A stretch of DNA of 64,000 nt, taken from Eutreptiella sp. 'Long Island Sound 2002' (taxonomy: Eukaryota > Protista > Euglenida). The position numbers and the translations under genes are program-made. Positions 37,245-51,829 of the stretch are shown here, piece by piece (the first letter of the stretch is position 1; each line of letters begins with the position of its first letter). Below the pieces are notes generated by a model. It searched no databases. It had not been told where the DNA came from and saw only the letters and a program-made list of their open reading frames with translations. The stretch lies in the NCBI GenBank assembly GCA_964036045.1, contig OZ038379.1, positions 71,114,001 to 71,178,000 of the forward strand, given 5' to 3'.

Positions 37245-40200
37245 ATTGAAGGGTCTAGCATTGGACCTATATTGCATCATCGTGCATGGCATCGTGCGTC
37301 ACGGCAACAGCCTCGTAAATCAGGGTCCACACCCTCCGAGGTTTCATTGCATCCACTCTATATTAGTGTACAACCCATGCAATGAACCATTGAAGGCTCT
37401 ACTCCCTCCCAGGATTCATGGCATCCACCCTAGACTAGTGTACAGCCCATGCGATGAATCCTTGAAGGGTCTACACCCACCGAGGATTCATCGCATCCAC
37501 TCTTGACTGGTGTACAGCCCATGGGATGAATCCTTGAAGGGTCTACACCATCAAAAGATTCATCGCATCCACCCTAGACTAGTGTAGAACCCATGCATGG
37601 ATCCATCAAGGGTCTATACCCATCTCGGACTCATCCCATCAACTTCAGACTGGTGTAGAGCGCATGCGGTGAATCCTTGGAGGGTCTACACCCTCCAAGG
37701 GTTCATCCCATCCGCTCTATATCAGTGTACAACGAATGCCATGAATCCTTGGAGGGTCTATACCCTCCAAGGATTCATCGCATCCACTCTACATCGGTGT
37801 ACAACCAATGCGATGAATCTTTGAAGGCTCTACAATTCATCGCATCCATTGTGCACTTGTGTAGAACCCATGCGATGGATCCTCGGAGGGTCTACACCCA
37901 TCAAGGCTTCATCGCATCCGCCCTAGATGACTGTACAGCCCATGTGATGAATCCTTGAAAGGTCTACACCCTCCAAGGATGCATCCCATCCACTCTAGAC
38001 TTGTGTACAGCCCATGCATTGAATCCTCGGAGGGTCTACGACCCCCCAATATTCATCGCATCCAACCTAGACTAGTGTACAACCCATGCGGTGAATCCTT
38101 GAAGGCTCTGCACCAACCAATGATTCATCGCATCCACTCTATACTAATGTGCAGCCCATGCGATGAATCCTTGAAGGGTCTCAACCCTCGAAAGATTCAC
38201 CGCATCCACCCTAGACTAGTGTACAGCCCATACGATGAATCCTTGAAGGGTCTACACCCACCAAGGATTCATCGTGTCCACTCTAGATTGGTGTACAGCC
38301 CATGGGATGAATCCGTGACGGGTCTACACCGTCGAAAGATTCATCGCATCCACCCTAGACTAGTGTAGAACCCATGCATGGATTCATCAAGAGTCTATAC
38401 CCATCACGGACTCATCACATCAACTTCAGACTGGTGTAGAACACATGCGGTGAATCCTTGGAGGGTCTACACCCTCCAAGGATTCATCCCATGCGCTCTA
38501 TATCACTGTACAGGGAATGCCATGAATCCTCGGAGGGTCTACACCCTCCGAGTAGTCATCCCATCCACTCTACATCGGTGTACAACCAATGCGATGAATC
38601 TTTGAAGGCTGTACACCCATCAACCCTTCATCGCATCCATTGTGCACTGGCGTACAACCCATGCGATGGATCCTCCGAGGGTCTACACCCATCAAGGCTT
38701 CATCGCATCCGCCCTAGATATTTGTACAGCCCATGTGATGAATCCTTGAAGGGTCTACACCCTCCGGGGATGCATCCCATCCACTCTAGACTTGTGTACA
38801 GCCCATGCGTTGAATCCTCGGAGGGTCTACACCCTCTGAGGATTCATCGCATCCAACCTAGACTAGTGTACAGCCCATGCGATGAATCCTTGAAAGCTCT
38901 GCACCCACCAAGGATTCATCGCATCTACTCTAGACTAATGTGCAACCCATGCGATGAATCCTTGAAGGGTTTGAACTCTCGAAAGATTCACCGCATCCGC
39001 CCTAGACTAGTGTACAGCCCATACGATGAATCCTTGAAGGGTCTACACCAACCAAGGATTCATCGCGTTCACTCTAGATTGGTGTAGAGCCCATGGGATG
39101 AATCCGTGACGGGTCTACACCGTCGAAGGATTCTTCGCATCCACCCTAGACTAGTGTAGAACCCATGCATGGATCCATCAAGGGTCTATACCCATCACGG
39201 ACTCGTCACATCAACTTCACACTGGTGTAGAACGCATGCGGTGAATCCTTGGAGGGTCTACACCCTCCAAGGGTTTATCCCATCCGCTGTATATCAGGGT
39301 ACAGCGAATGCGATGAATCCTTGGAGGGTCTACACCCTCCGAGGATTCATCCCATCCACTCTACATCGGTGTACAACCGATGTGAGGAATCTTTGAAGGC
39401 CCTAGACCCATCAACGATTCATCGCATCCATTGTGCACTTGTGTAGAACCCATGCGATGGATCCTCGGAGGGTCAACACCCATCGAGGCTTCATCGCATC
39501 CGCGCTAGATGACTGTACGGACCATGTGATGAATCCTTGAAGGGTCTAAAACCTCCAAGGATGCATCCCATCCACTTTAGACTTGTGTACAGCTACTGCA
39601 TTGAATCCTTGGAGGGTCTACACCCTCCAAGGATTCATCGCATCCAACCAAGACTAGTGTACACCCCATGCGATGAATCCTTTAAGGGTCTACACCCTCC
39701 AAGGATTCATCGCATCAACTTTAGACTAGTGTACGGCCCATGCGATTAATGCTTGAAGGGTCTACACCCTGGAGGGATTCATCGCAGTCACTTTAGACTG
39801 ATGCAAAACGCATGCGATCAATCCTTGAAGGGTCTATAACCTCCAAGAACTAACTGCATCCTCTTCACACTAGTGTACAACCCATGCAATGAATCCTGGG
39901 AGGGTCTACACCCATGAAGAATTGATCTCATCCACTCTACATCAGTGTAGAGCCGATGTGATGAATCCTTGGGGGGTCTCCAGCCATCAAGAATTGATCG
40001 CATCCACTCTACATCAATGTACAGCCCATGCGATGAATCCTCGAAGGGTCTGCACCGATCAAGGGCTCATCGCATCCAGGCTACACAAGTGTAAAAGCCA
40101 AGCGATGCATCCTTGAAGTGTCTACACCCATCAACGATTCATCACATCCAGCTTGGACTAGTGCACCGCCCATGCGATGAATCCTTGAAGGGTCTACACC

Positions 40201-43200
40201 CTTGACGAATTCATATCCACCCTAGACTAGTGTAGAACCCATGCGATGGATCCTACAAGGGTCGACACCCATCACGGATTCATCACATCCACTAAAGACT
40301 AGTGTAGAACCCATGCGATGAATCCTTGAAGGGTCTACACCCTCCAAGGGTTCATCGCATCCACTCTACATCAGCATACAGCCCATGTGATGAATCCTTG
40401 AAGGCTCTACACCCATCAACGATTCATCGCATGGATCGTACACTTGTGTAGAACCCATGCCATGGATCCTCGGAGGGTCTACACCCATCAAGGCTTCATG
40501 GCGTCCGCCCTAGATGACTGTACAGCCCATGTGATGCATCCTTGAAGGGTCTACACCCTCCAAGGATGCATCCCATCCACTTTGGACTTGTGTACAGCCC
40601 ATGCATTGAATCCTTGGAGGGTCTACAACCTACAAGGATTCATCGCATTCACTCTACATCAATGTAGAGCCGAAGTGATGAATCCTTGCGGGGTCTCCAA
40701 CCATCAAAAATTCGTCGCATCAACTCTACCTCAGTGTACAGCCCATGCGATGAATCCTTGAAGGGTCTACACCCTCCAAGGATTCATCGCATCAACTTTA
40801 GGCTAGTGTACGGCCCATGCGATTAATGCTTGAAGGGTCTACACCCTGGAGGGATTCATCGCAGTCACTTTAGACAGATGCAAAACGCATGCGATCAATC
40901 CTTGAAGGGTCTATAACCTCCAAGAATTAACCGCATCCTCTTCACACTAGTGTACAGCCCATGCAATGAATCGTCGGAGGGTCTACACCCATGAAGAATT
41001 GATCTCATCCACTCTACATCAGTCTAGAGCCGATGTGATGAATCCTTTGGGGGGTCTGCAGCCATCAAGAATTCATCGCATCCACTCTACATCAGTGTAC
41101 AGCCCATGCGATGAATCCTCGAAGGGTCTGCACGGATCAAGGGCTCATCGCATCTAACCTACACAAGTGTAGAAGCCAAGCGATGCATCCTTGAAGTGTC
41201 TACACCCGTTAATGATTCATCACATCCAGCTTGGACTGGTGCACCGCCCATGCGATGAATCCTTGAAGGGTCTACACCCTCGACGAATTCGTATCCACCC
41301 TAGACTAGTGTAGAACCCATGCGATGGATCCTTCAAGGGTCGACACCCATCACAGATTCATCACATCCACTACAGACTAGTGTAGAACCCATGCGATGAA
41401 TCCTTGAGGGGTCTACACCCTCCAAGGGTTCATCGCATCCACTCTACATCAGCGTACAGCCCATGTGATGAATCCTTGAAGGCTCTACACCCATCAACGA
41501 TTCATCGCATGCATCGTACACTTGTGTAGAACCCATGTGATGCATCCTCGGAGGGTCTACACCCATCAAGGCTGCATGGCGTCCGCCCTAGATGAGGGTC
41601 CAGCCCATGTGATGAATCCTTGAAGGGTCTACACTCTCCAAGGATGCATCCCATCCACTTTAGACTTGTGTACAGCCCATGCATGGAAGCCTTGGTGGGT
41701 CTACACCCTCCAAGGATTCATCGCATCTGTCCAAGACTAGTGTACAACCCATGCGATGAATCCTTGAAGGGTCTACACCCTCCAAGGGTTCATCGCATCC
41801 ACTCTACATCAACGTACAGCCCATGCGATGAATCCTTGAAGGCTCTACACCCATCAACGATTCATGGCATGGATGGTACACTTTTGTAGAACCCGTGTGA
41901 TGGTACCTCGCAGGGTCTACACCCATCAAGGCTTCATGGCATCCCCCCTAGATGACTGTACAGACCATGTGATGAATTCTTGAAGGGTCTACACCCTCCA
42001 AGGATGCATCCCATCCACTTTAGACTTGTGTACAGCCCATGCATTGAATCCTTGGAGGGTTTACACCCTACGGGATTCATCGCATCCACTCTACATCGGT
42101 GTAGAGCCGATGTGATGAATCCTTGCGGGATCTCTAACCATCAAGGATTCGTCGCATCCACTCTACATGAGTGTACAGCCCTTGCTATGAATCCTTGAAG
42201 GGTGTACACCCTCCAAAGATTCATCGCGTCCAACCTACACAAGTGTAGAAACCAAGCGATGCATCCTTGAAGTGTCTACACCCATCAAAGATTCATCGCA
42301 TCCACCCTGGACTGGTGTACAGCCCGTGCGATGAATCCTTGAAGGGTCTACACCCTCAAAGAATTAGTATCCACCCTAGACTAGTGTAGAACCCATGCGA
42401 TGGATCCTTCAAGGGTCCACACCAATCACGGATTCATCGCATCCACTTAAGACTAATGTAGAACCCATGCGGTGCATACTTGAAGGGTCTACACCCTCCA
42501 AGGGTTCATCGCATCCACTCTACATCAGTTTACAGCCCATGCGACGAATCCTTGAAGGCTCTACACCCATCAACGATTCATGGCATGGATTGTACACTTG
42601 TGTAGAACCCACGCGATGGATCCATGGAGGGTCTACACCCATCAAGGATTCATCGCATCCACCCCAAAGAAGTACCGCCCTTGCGATGATTCCTTGAAGG
42701 GTCTACAGCCTCCAAGGACTCATCGCATCCACCCCAGACTAGTGTAAAGCCCATGCCATGAATCCTTGGAGGGTCTACACCCATCAAGGATTCATTGCAT
42801 GCACTCTACATCAGTGTACAACCTATGCGATGAATACTTGAAGGGTCTACAACCTCCAACGATCCATCGCATCCACCTTAGACTAGTGCGGAACCCATGC
42901 GATGAATCCTTGAAGGGTCTACACCCTCCAAGGATTCATCGCAGTCACCTTAGACCAATGCAAAACCCACGGGCCGAATGCTTGAAGAGTCTATAACCTT
43001 CAAGGATTCATTGCATCCACTTCACACTAGTGTACAACCAATGCAACGAATCCTTGGAGGGTCTCCACCCATCACGGATTCATCGCATCCGCTGTACATC
43101 AGTTTACAGCCCATGCGATGAATCCTTGAAGGGTCTACACCAATCAAGGGTTCATCGCATCCAAGCTAGACCAGTGTAGAAGCCAAGCGATGAAACCTTG

Positions 43201-46200
43201 AAGTGTCTACACCCGTCAAGGATTCATCGCATCCACCGTAGACTAGTGTACATCGCATGCGATGAATCGTTGGAGGGTCTACACCCTCCAAGGATTCATA
43301 TCCACCCTACATCAGTGTAGAACCCATGCGATGGATCCTTCAAGGGTCTACACCCATCACGGATTCATCACTTCCACTTAAGACTGGTGTCACCCATGCG
43401 GTGAATCCTTGGAGCATCTACACCCTCCAAGGGTTCATCGCATCCACTCTACATTAGTGTACAGCCCATGCGATAAATCCTTAAAGGCTCTACACCCATC
43501 AACGATGCATCGCATCGATCGTGCAGTTGTGTAGAACCCAGGCAATGGATCCATGGAGGATCTAAACCCATCAAGGATTCATCGCATCCGCCCTAGACTA
43601 GTGTACAGCCCACGTGATGAAGCCTTGAAAGGTCTAAGCCCGCCAAAGATCCATTGCATGCTCCCTAGACTAGTGTAGAGCCCATGCAATGAATCCTTGG
43701 AGGGTCTGCACCCATCAAGGATTCATCGCATTCACTCTACATCAGTGTACAACCTATGCGATGAATCCTTGAAGGGTCTACAACGTGCAAAGATGCATCG
43801 CATGCACTTTAGACTAGTGTACAGCCCATGCGATGAATCCTTGAAGGGCCAAACAGTCATCGCACTCACTTTACAGTAACGCAAAACCCATGCGATGAAC
43901 CCTTGAAGGCTCTATAACCCCCAAGAATTAATCATATCCACTTTAGACTAGTGTTCAGCCCATGCAATGAATCCTTGGAGGGAGTGCATCCGTCAAGGAT
44001 TGATGGCATCGACTCTCCATCACTCTACAGCCCATGCAATTAACCCTTGAAGCGTCTACACGCATCAAGGGTTCATCGCATCCACCCTAGACTAGTGTAC
44101 AACCCATGTGATGAATCGTTGAAGGATCTACACCCTGCAAGACTTCATACCCACTAGTGTAGAACTAGACTACACTAGTGTAGAACACATGCGATGGATG
44201 CTTGGAGGGTCTACACCCATCAAGGATTCATCGCATCAACCCTAGACTAGTGTAGAATCAATTTGATGAATCCTTGAAGGGTCTAAAACCTGCAAAAATT
44301 CATCGCATCCAATTTAGACTAGTGTAGAGCCCATGCGTTGAATCCTTGAAGGGTCTACACCCATCGAAAACTCATCGCATCAACTTTCGCCTAGTGTACA
44401 GCCCATGCATTGCATCCTTTGAGGGTCTACACCCTCCGGGGATTCTTATCCACCCTACACTAGTGTAGAACCCGTGCGATGAATCCTTCAAGGGTCTTCA
44501 CCCATGAGAATTTCATCGCATCAACTTAAGACTAGTGTAGAACCCATGCGGTGAATCCTTGGAGGGTCTACAGCGTGCAAGGGTTCATCGCATCCACTCT
44601 ACATCGGTGTACAACAAATGCCATGAATGCTTGAAGGGTCTACACCCTCCGAAGATTCATCACATCCACCCTAAACTAGTGTACAACCCATGCAATGAAT
44701 CCTTGAAGGGTCTCCACACATCACGGATTCATCGCATCCGCGCTACATCAGTGTCCAAAGATTCGCTGCATCCACCCTAGACTTGTGTAGAACCCATGCG
44801 ATCACTCCTTGCAGGGTCTACAACCTCCAAGAATTCATCGCATCCACTTTAGACTAGTGTACAGCCCATGCAATGAACGGTCGGAGGGTCTACACCTATC
44901 AAACATTTTTCGCATCCACTCTACATCGGTGTACAGCCAATGCAATGAATCCTTGAAGGGGCTACACCGATCGAGGATTCATCGCATCCACCCTAGACTA
45001 GTGTAGAACCCATGCGATGAATCCTTCAAGGGTCTACAACCTCCAAAGATTCATTGCATCCACCCTAGACTAGTGCACAGCCAATGCGATGAATCCTTGG
45101 AGGGTCTACGCCCATCAAATATCTATCGCATCCACTCGACATTGGTGTACAACCCATGCGATGAATCCTTGAAGGCTCTACACCCTCCGAGGATTCCTCG
45201 CATCCACCCTAGACTAGTGTAGAACCTATGCGATCAATCCTTCAAGGGTCTACAGTCCTCCAAAGATTCACTGCATCCACCCTAGACTTGTGTAGAACCC
45301 ATGCGATCACTCCTTGCAGGGTCTACAACCTCCAAGAATTCATCGCATCGACTTTGAACTAGTGTACAGCCCATGCAATCAACGCTTGGAGGGTCTACAC
45401 GTATCAAAGATTCATCGCATCCACTCTACATCGGTGTACACCCAATGCACTAAATCCTTGAAGGGTCTTCACCGATCAGGAATTCATCGCATCCACCCAA
45501 GACTAGTGTAGAACCCATGCGGTGAATGCTTCAAGGGTCTACAACCTCCAAACATTCATTGCATCCACCCTAGACTAGTGCACAGCCAATGCGATGAATC
45601 CTTGGAGGGTCTACGCCCATCAAATATCTATCGCATCCACTCGACATTGGTGTACAACCCATGCGATGAATCCTTCAAGGGTCTACAACCTCCAAAGATT
45701 CATCGCATCCACCCTAGACTAGTGCACAGCCAATGCGATGAATCCTTGGAGGGTCTACAGCCATCAAAGATTTATCGCATCCACTCTACATCGGCGTACA
45801 GCCCCTGCGATGAATCCTTGAAGGGTCTACAGCCTTCAACGATGCATCGCATCCACCCTAGACTAGTGTAGAACACATGCGATGAATCCTTGACGGGTCT
45901 ACAACCATCAAGGATTCATCGCATCCAATCTACACTAGTGTAGAACCCATGCCATGGATCCTTGCAGGGTCTAGACCCATCAAAGATTTATTGCAGCCAC
46001 CCTAGACTAGTGTACAGCCCATGCGACAAATCCTTGAAGGGTCTACACCCTCCAACGATTCATCCCATCAACTTGAAACTAGTGTAGAATGCATGCGATG
46101 CAATCTTGGATGGTCTACACCCATGAAGGATTCATCGCATCAGCCCGAGCGATGAATCCTTGGAGGGTCTACACCCTTCAAAGATTTAGCGCATCGACTC

Positions 46201-48390
46201 TACGTCGGTGTACGGGCCATGCAATGAATCCTTGAAGGGTCTACAACCTCCAAAGATTCATCGCATCCACCCTAGACTAGTGTAGAAGCCATGTGATGAA
46301 TTCTTGAAGGGTCTACGACCTCGAAGGATTCATCGCATCCACTTTGGACTAGTGTACAACCCACACAATGAATCCTTGGAGGGTCCGCACCCATCAAAGA
46401 TCTATCGCATCCACTCTACATCGGTGTACAGCCCATGCAATGAATCCTTGAAGGCTCTACACCCTCCAACGATTGGTCGCATCCACCCTAGACTAGTGTA
46501 AAACCCATGCGATCAATCCTTCAAGGGTGTGCAGCCCTCCAAAGATTCGCTGCATCCACCCTAGACTTGTGTAGAACCCATGCGATCACTCCTTGAGGGG
46601 TCTACAACCTCCAAGAATTCATCGCAGACACTTTAGACTAGTGTACAGCCCATGCAATGAACGGTCGGATGGTCTACACCTATCAAACATTTATCGCATC
46701 CACTCTACATCGGTGTACAGCCAATGCGATGAATCCTTGAAGGGTCTACACCGATCGAGGATTCATCGCATCCACACTAGACTAGTGTAGAACCCATGCG
46801 ATGAATGCTTCAAGGGTCTACAACCTCCAAAGATTTGTTGCATCCACCCTAAACTAGTGCACAGCCAATGCGATGAATCCTTGGAGGGTCTGCACCCATC
46901 AAAGATCTATCGCATCCACTCTACATTGGTGTACAACCCATGCGATGAATCCTTGAAGGCTCTACACCCTCCGAGGATTCCTCGCATCCACCCTAGACTT
47001 GTGTAGAACCCAAGTGATGAATCCTTGAAGGGACTACAACCTCAAAGGACTCATCGCATCCACTTTAGACTAGTGTACAGCCCATGCAATCAACGCTTGG
47101 AGGGTCTACACGTATCAAAGATTCATCGCATCCACTCTACATCGGTGTACACCCAATGCAATGAATCCTTGAAGGGTCTTCACCGATCAAGAATTCATCG
47201 CATCCACCCAGGACTAGTGTAGAACCCATGCGATGAATGCTTCAAGGGTCTACAACCTCCAAAGATTCATCGCATCTACCCTAGACTAAGGCACAGCCAA
47301 TGCGATGAATACTTGGAGGGTCTACAGCCATCAAAGATCTATCGCATCCACTCTATATCGGTGCACAACGCGAGCGATGACTCTTTGAAGGGTCTACACC
47401 CGTCAACGATTCATCGCATCCATCCTAGATTAGTGTCGAACCCATGCGATGAATCCTTGAAGGGTCTACACCCATCAAGGACTCGTCGCATCCGGTCTAG
47501 ACTAGCGTACAACCCATGCGATGAATCCTTGCAAGGTCTACAACCATCAAAGATTCATCGCATCCTCCCTACAGTAGTGTAGAACCTATGCCGTGGATCC
47601 TTGGGGGGTCTACACCCATCAAAGATTCATCGCATGCACCCTAGACTAGTATACAACCCATGCGATGAGTCCTTCAAGGGTCTACAGGCCTCCAAAGATT
47701 CGTCGCACCCACCCTAGACTAGTGCACGGCCCATGCGATGAATCCTTGGAGGGTCTACACCCTCCAAAGATTCATCGCATCCACCCTAGACTAGTGTATA
47801 GCCCATGCAATGAATCCTTGAAGGGTCTAGGACTTCCAAAAAATCATCGCATCCACTCTAGACTAGCGTATAGCCCATGCAATCAATCCTTGGAGGGTCT
47901 ACAACCTCCAAAGATTCATCGCATCCAGCCTAGATTATCGTACAGCCCATGCAATGAATCCTTGGAGGGTCTATACCCATCAAAGATTGATCGCATCCAC
48001 TCTAAACCATTATACAGCCCATGCGATGAATCCTTGAAGGGCCTACACCCATCAAGGATTCATCGCATCCAGCCTAGACAAGTGTAGAACCCATGCGATG
48101 GAATCCTTCAAGGGTCTATAACCTCCAAAGATTCATCGCCACCACCCTGGACTAGTGTAGAACCCCTGCAATGAAGCCTTGAAGGGTCGACAACCTCCAA
48201 GGACTCATCACATCCATTTTAGGATTTTAGGATCTTCAAGGATTCGTCCCATGGGCTGCACACTAGTCTAAAGTGGATGCGATGAGTCCTTTGAGGTTGT
48301 AGTCCCTTCAAGGATTCAGCGCTTGGGTTCTATACCAGTCTAGGGTGGATGCGATGAATCCTAGTAGGGTGTGGACCCTTCATGGGACCC
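37245..48390. repeat. 11-kb satellite of a 72-bp hairpin monomer with higher-order repeats
   Basis: Consensus CCCATGCGATGAATCCTTG(A/G)AGGGTCTACACCCTCCAAGGATTCATCGCATCCACCCTAGACTAGTGTACAG, with a 21-bp inverted repeat around a TCTACA loop. The last ~2 units (48230-48390) are inverted. Confidence 0.97.
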
Positions 48391-48569
48391 GATCTGAATG
48401 CCAAAACTTCCGAGCACCTTTCCAAGGGTTTTCGAAAACTTCCAAGCGACGGACCGAAGCATATCGCATGCACGTAGGTACAGATTTCCTAAAATTGCCA
48501 CCGGTAACCGGACAATATTGGTCTCTCTTCCAATGTTCTATGCTGGGCACCAGTGGTACATGTGTCCCT

Positions 48570-49725
48570 CAGCGCCGTTCCCGCCTGGACCTTTATGCGG
48601 TACTGGACGGAGAGGGCCACGAAGGTCGAGATGTGGCAGCTCGAGGGGCTGCGGTCACGGGGGGGTAGAATGTCTGGGGCAGTCGAAACATCCGTGTGGG
48701 GGAGCTGGTCCCCCCACTCAGCACCCGACATGATGATGGAACAAGGCATGTCAAACAAGTCTTCCAACGGATCTGGGACATGGTCGTTGATGCTGTTAAT
48801 AGATTTTTTAACATGGGCACCTGCCGTTCCCCCGGTCTGGGTGGGCTTGGCCTGGTACCGCAGGGGGAGGGTGGGGTCCTTCCTCTGCTGCTCCACTGGT
48901 TCCACATTGAACACCGGGTCAAAATATTGACGAACTTGGTTCCCTGCCGCCCAAATTTTTTCCATCCGCCCCTAGGTGGTCTTGCAGTCCTCCCCGACAG
49001 GAATATCGCGGTGAACGAGGTAGCCCAGGCGGTCCACAAAGTTACGAACCATCGGGGGGGGCTGGGTGGTCGGCCAAAACGGAGGGGTTGGCGGTCGCAT
49101 ATGAAGGGGCGTCCTGCAGGGGTGCCCTGCGCCAGGGGGGCTCGGGCGTAATGAAGGGGGGGGGGGTCCGCGGTTCCCCAATACCAGCTGAGCCCCTTCA
49201 TCATATGGAGAGTGGGCAGAGTGATATCGGGGATGTGGTTGAGAGGGGGCACAATCGGGTGGCTAGACAAGATCCTCAGATCGTCCCACCACTAGGCGTG
49301 CACTGCCTGCCGTTCAAAAGGAAATTTAGAGTGGTTAGCCTGCAGCTCACCAGCAGGAAAGTAGTTATTGATGGCAATCATGTCAGTCCGCATGGGGCAG
49401 TAGACGAGGCCAGTGGTGGGGTAGATGGCACAGAGGCCGGCGGGAATGAGCCGGACGGCCCGCAACCCTGGGAGGGCCGCCTGCAACTCCCGAAAAAGGT
49501 GAGTGGTCCAACTTTTTTCCCAAACCATCCCGCCCTTTCGGGTGTTCGCATGTCAACATGAATCAACTGGGGGGGAGTGGCCAACCCCTTCGCCCACCCC
49601 ACCACCTCCTCCACTGCCAGGCCCCCCGTGTACGTGGCCTCCTCCAATGTGCCCGAGCGAAGGGGGATGCCCTGGTAGTGGCCCAGGGTGCCATCGGACG
49701 GGTTGGGGAAGGAGAGTGACCCAAT
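48570..49725 (-). pseudogene. 2OG-Fe(II) dioxygenase-domain gene, copy 2 (3'-truncated)
   Basis: Homologous to 125-1990. GDQLPHTD at ~48690-48712. Ends before the distal His and has an internal ~60-bp deletion near 49438. Confidence 0.65.
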
Positions 49726-50081
49726 CTGGGAAAGGGGATGCGACTATTGAGGGGAAATTTGCACAAAGAAAGCGAAGGTGAGGTCCGAACAAAAGCCATA
49801 CGACAAGAACAGCATGCTCATGCAAAAATCAATGGATAATCGGGCAAAGTTCGCGCGAATGTGAATGCGGATACAGATGCGAATACAATTGCCAACGAGG
49901 TTGCGAATTCGAACGCGAATTCCGTTTTTTTTTGTGAATTTAAGCTACATTATGACCGATTCAAGCTACAATTCACGCCGCTTGAATTTTTATGAATTTT
50001 TGGCAACGTAAGCATAGCAAACGGGCACAAAGACAAGGCACCACGGGCAAAACGGGCAAGAAATCAACAAAGTGAGCGTAC

Positions 50082-50541
50082 TCATTCAAAAGTTGTGTTC
50101 GCAGTGGGTACAAGCATCGCGGAACTGCCACGGGGGTTGTTTGTACGTGCTATGCATCATGGGGTACATCCTCCTAAGCTCGGACAGGGTGGTCACTTGC
50201 TTGGGCAGGACACAAGGGCAATACTGGCCCTTGTCGGGGCGAGGCACACCCGATTCCAATTTGGCATCCAACCACTTATTCGTTGAATTGGGCTCCACGT
50301 CAGGCCTCAAGTGGGCAAGGGCAGCCATGGTGGCCGCTGCCCATACTCCCCGTGTGCGAGCGGCGGCCCGCAAAACCGGCCGCTCGTTCAAGCGGCTCAT
50401 CATACCCAGTAGGGCTGTGGAGCGCGTGGGGGCGGCCCGAGGGAGGTACTCCGGCACCAGATTCCCATAGGGAAGCCAATATTTGTGCTGCTCCCCCTTG
50501 CAATGGACATCAGTGACAGCCTTGGTAGCAAGGCCCATCAA
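50082..50541 (-). CDS. Upstream ORF/exon A, copy 2 (unknown; YCPC...CTHC)
   Basis: 151-aa open frame that is near-identical to 56691-57150. Confidence 0.5.
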
Positions 50542-50986
50542 AAAGGCAAAACTTTGTCAACTTTGTCAACGGCTATGTTGTGTTCCCGCCACCCCGCGTC
50601 GAAACCGTACGGGGCTCAGGCTTGAGGCGGGGCGTCTGAGGATGCAAAAGCCATGGTAACATAATCTGAAATTGACACACACAAAAGAAGAAAAAATTGT
50701 TGATGGTGCCCGAAACACCAGCGACACCTTTCGTGGAACGATGAGAGCAAAGCTCACGTCCGTCAGACCAATGTCACCAATGATTAAACCATTGCAAACA
50801 TGCGATGAAACATCATCGGACACCAAGCTGGAACTTACAAAGCGCGGGAGGAGATTATAGCTCACCACCAGTTGCGAGTCATTTTGACGAGACACACACG
50901 GCTTCAAATCGGATGGCCATGAACAACATACTCGCATAAGACTACTACTCTACCACCTCCCAAAGCTATTCGGGGTTTGGGCTGCC

Positions 50987-51829
50987 GGTAACCCATTGTG
51001 AAACGATGACCCCCATGCTTTGCCCCCAAAAAAGAAAGAACAGCTAGGGCCACCCGCAACAAGACCATGCCCAAGCACACGTTGCAAACGTTTTTTTCAA
51101 CGTAAACTCTTGCCACCCACCACTGCTTTTTTTTTTCCAACTTTTGCGCCAATTTCTTTGAACCGCGACACTTGTGCCCCCCCTTACCATGTGAAATTCC
51201 GCCTCCTGCGGGAGATATTTTTCTTCCCCCTCCCCCCCTGGTGCCGCTCTCGGAGTGTTGCAGGGGCTGCCATCTAGGGGGTTTGTTTATGCCGTTTTTG
51301 TGGGCTTTGGGGGTAAGTGCTAGACGGGTATAGGCCATCACACTATGCATGGTGGCCGTAGGTGTGGCACGCACGTGTGGGGGCGGTGTCTCTCCCGTCC
51401 CTCTATGTGGTGTGTTGGACCTATGGTCTTTATGTCCATGCCCGGATCCGGCACCATTCCATCGGCGGTCCCCTTACCGCATGTCGTCATCTGGCAACAG
51501 TTGATACGTGGCGCTGCTGCCCTTCGTATGATGAGTGAGGCAGTCACACAGCACGGCTAGCCGAGTGCATACTCTTTGTGCCATTCCAAGCAAGTCACTT
51601 AGTGCAGCAAAGCATGGTCGGATACCTGAGGTGGCATGTGGGAGGTGCCGTTGCTTGTGGCGGGCGTTCGTTTAAGGATGGCTATGAAGAACACTGATGG
51701 TGAATAGGCTTCTCCATCGAATTAGGTATCGGTCTATCGTTCTTCGAAGTTTAGCACGTGTGACGCGTGATCGGAGTGCACGAAGGGCCTGGTAGTTTGG
51801 ATGTGATGCGGGTACAAGGAGTCAAGGTA
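50987..51829. repeat. ~845-bp segment, inverted copy of 57594-58444
   Basis: Starts GGTAACCCATTGTG and ends GAGTCAAGGTA. Its reverse complement aligns to 57594-58444. Confidence 0.9.

Noticed and set aside
37955-48087. Repeat-protein ORFs (MKGLHPPRIHRIH...)
   Set aside because: They are translations of the 72-bp monomer, broken every few units, and the conserved feature is the DNA hairpin rather than codons.
37245-48390. CRISPR array (palindromic repeat plus spacer rhythm)
   Set aside because: The linkers are homologous to each other rather than unique spacers, the monomers are degenerate with higher-order periods, no cas genes are present and the context is eukaryotic.
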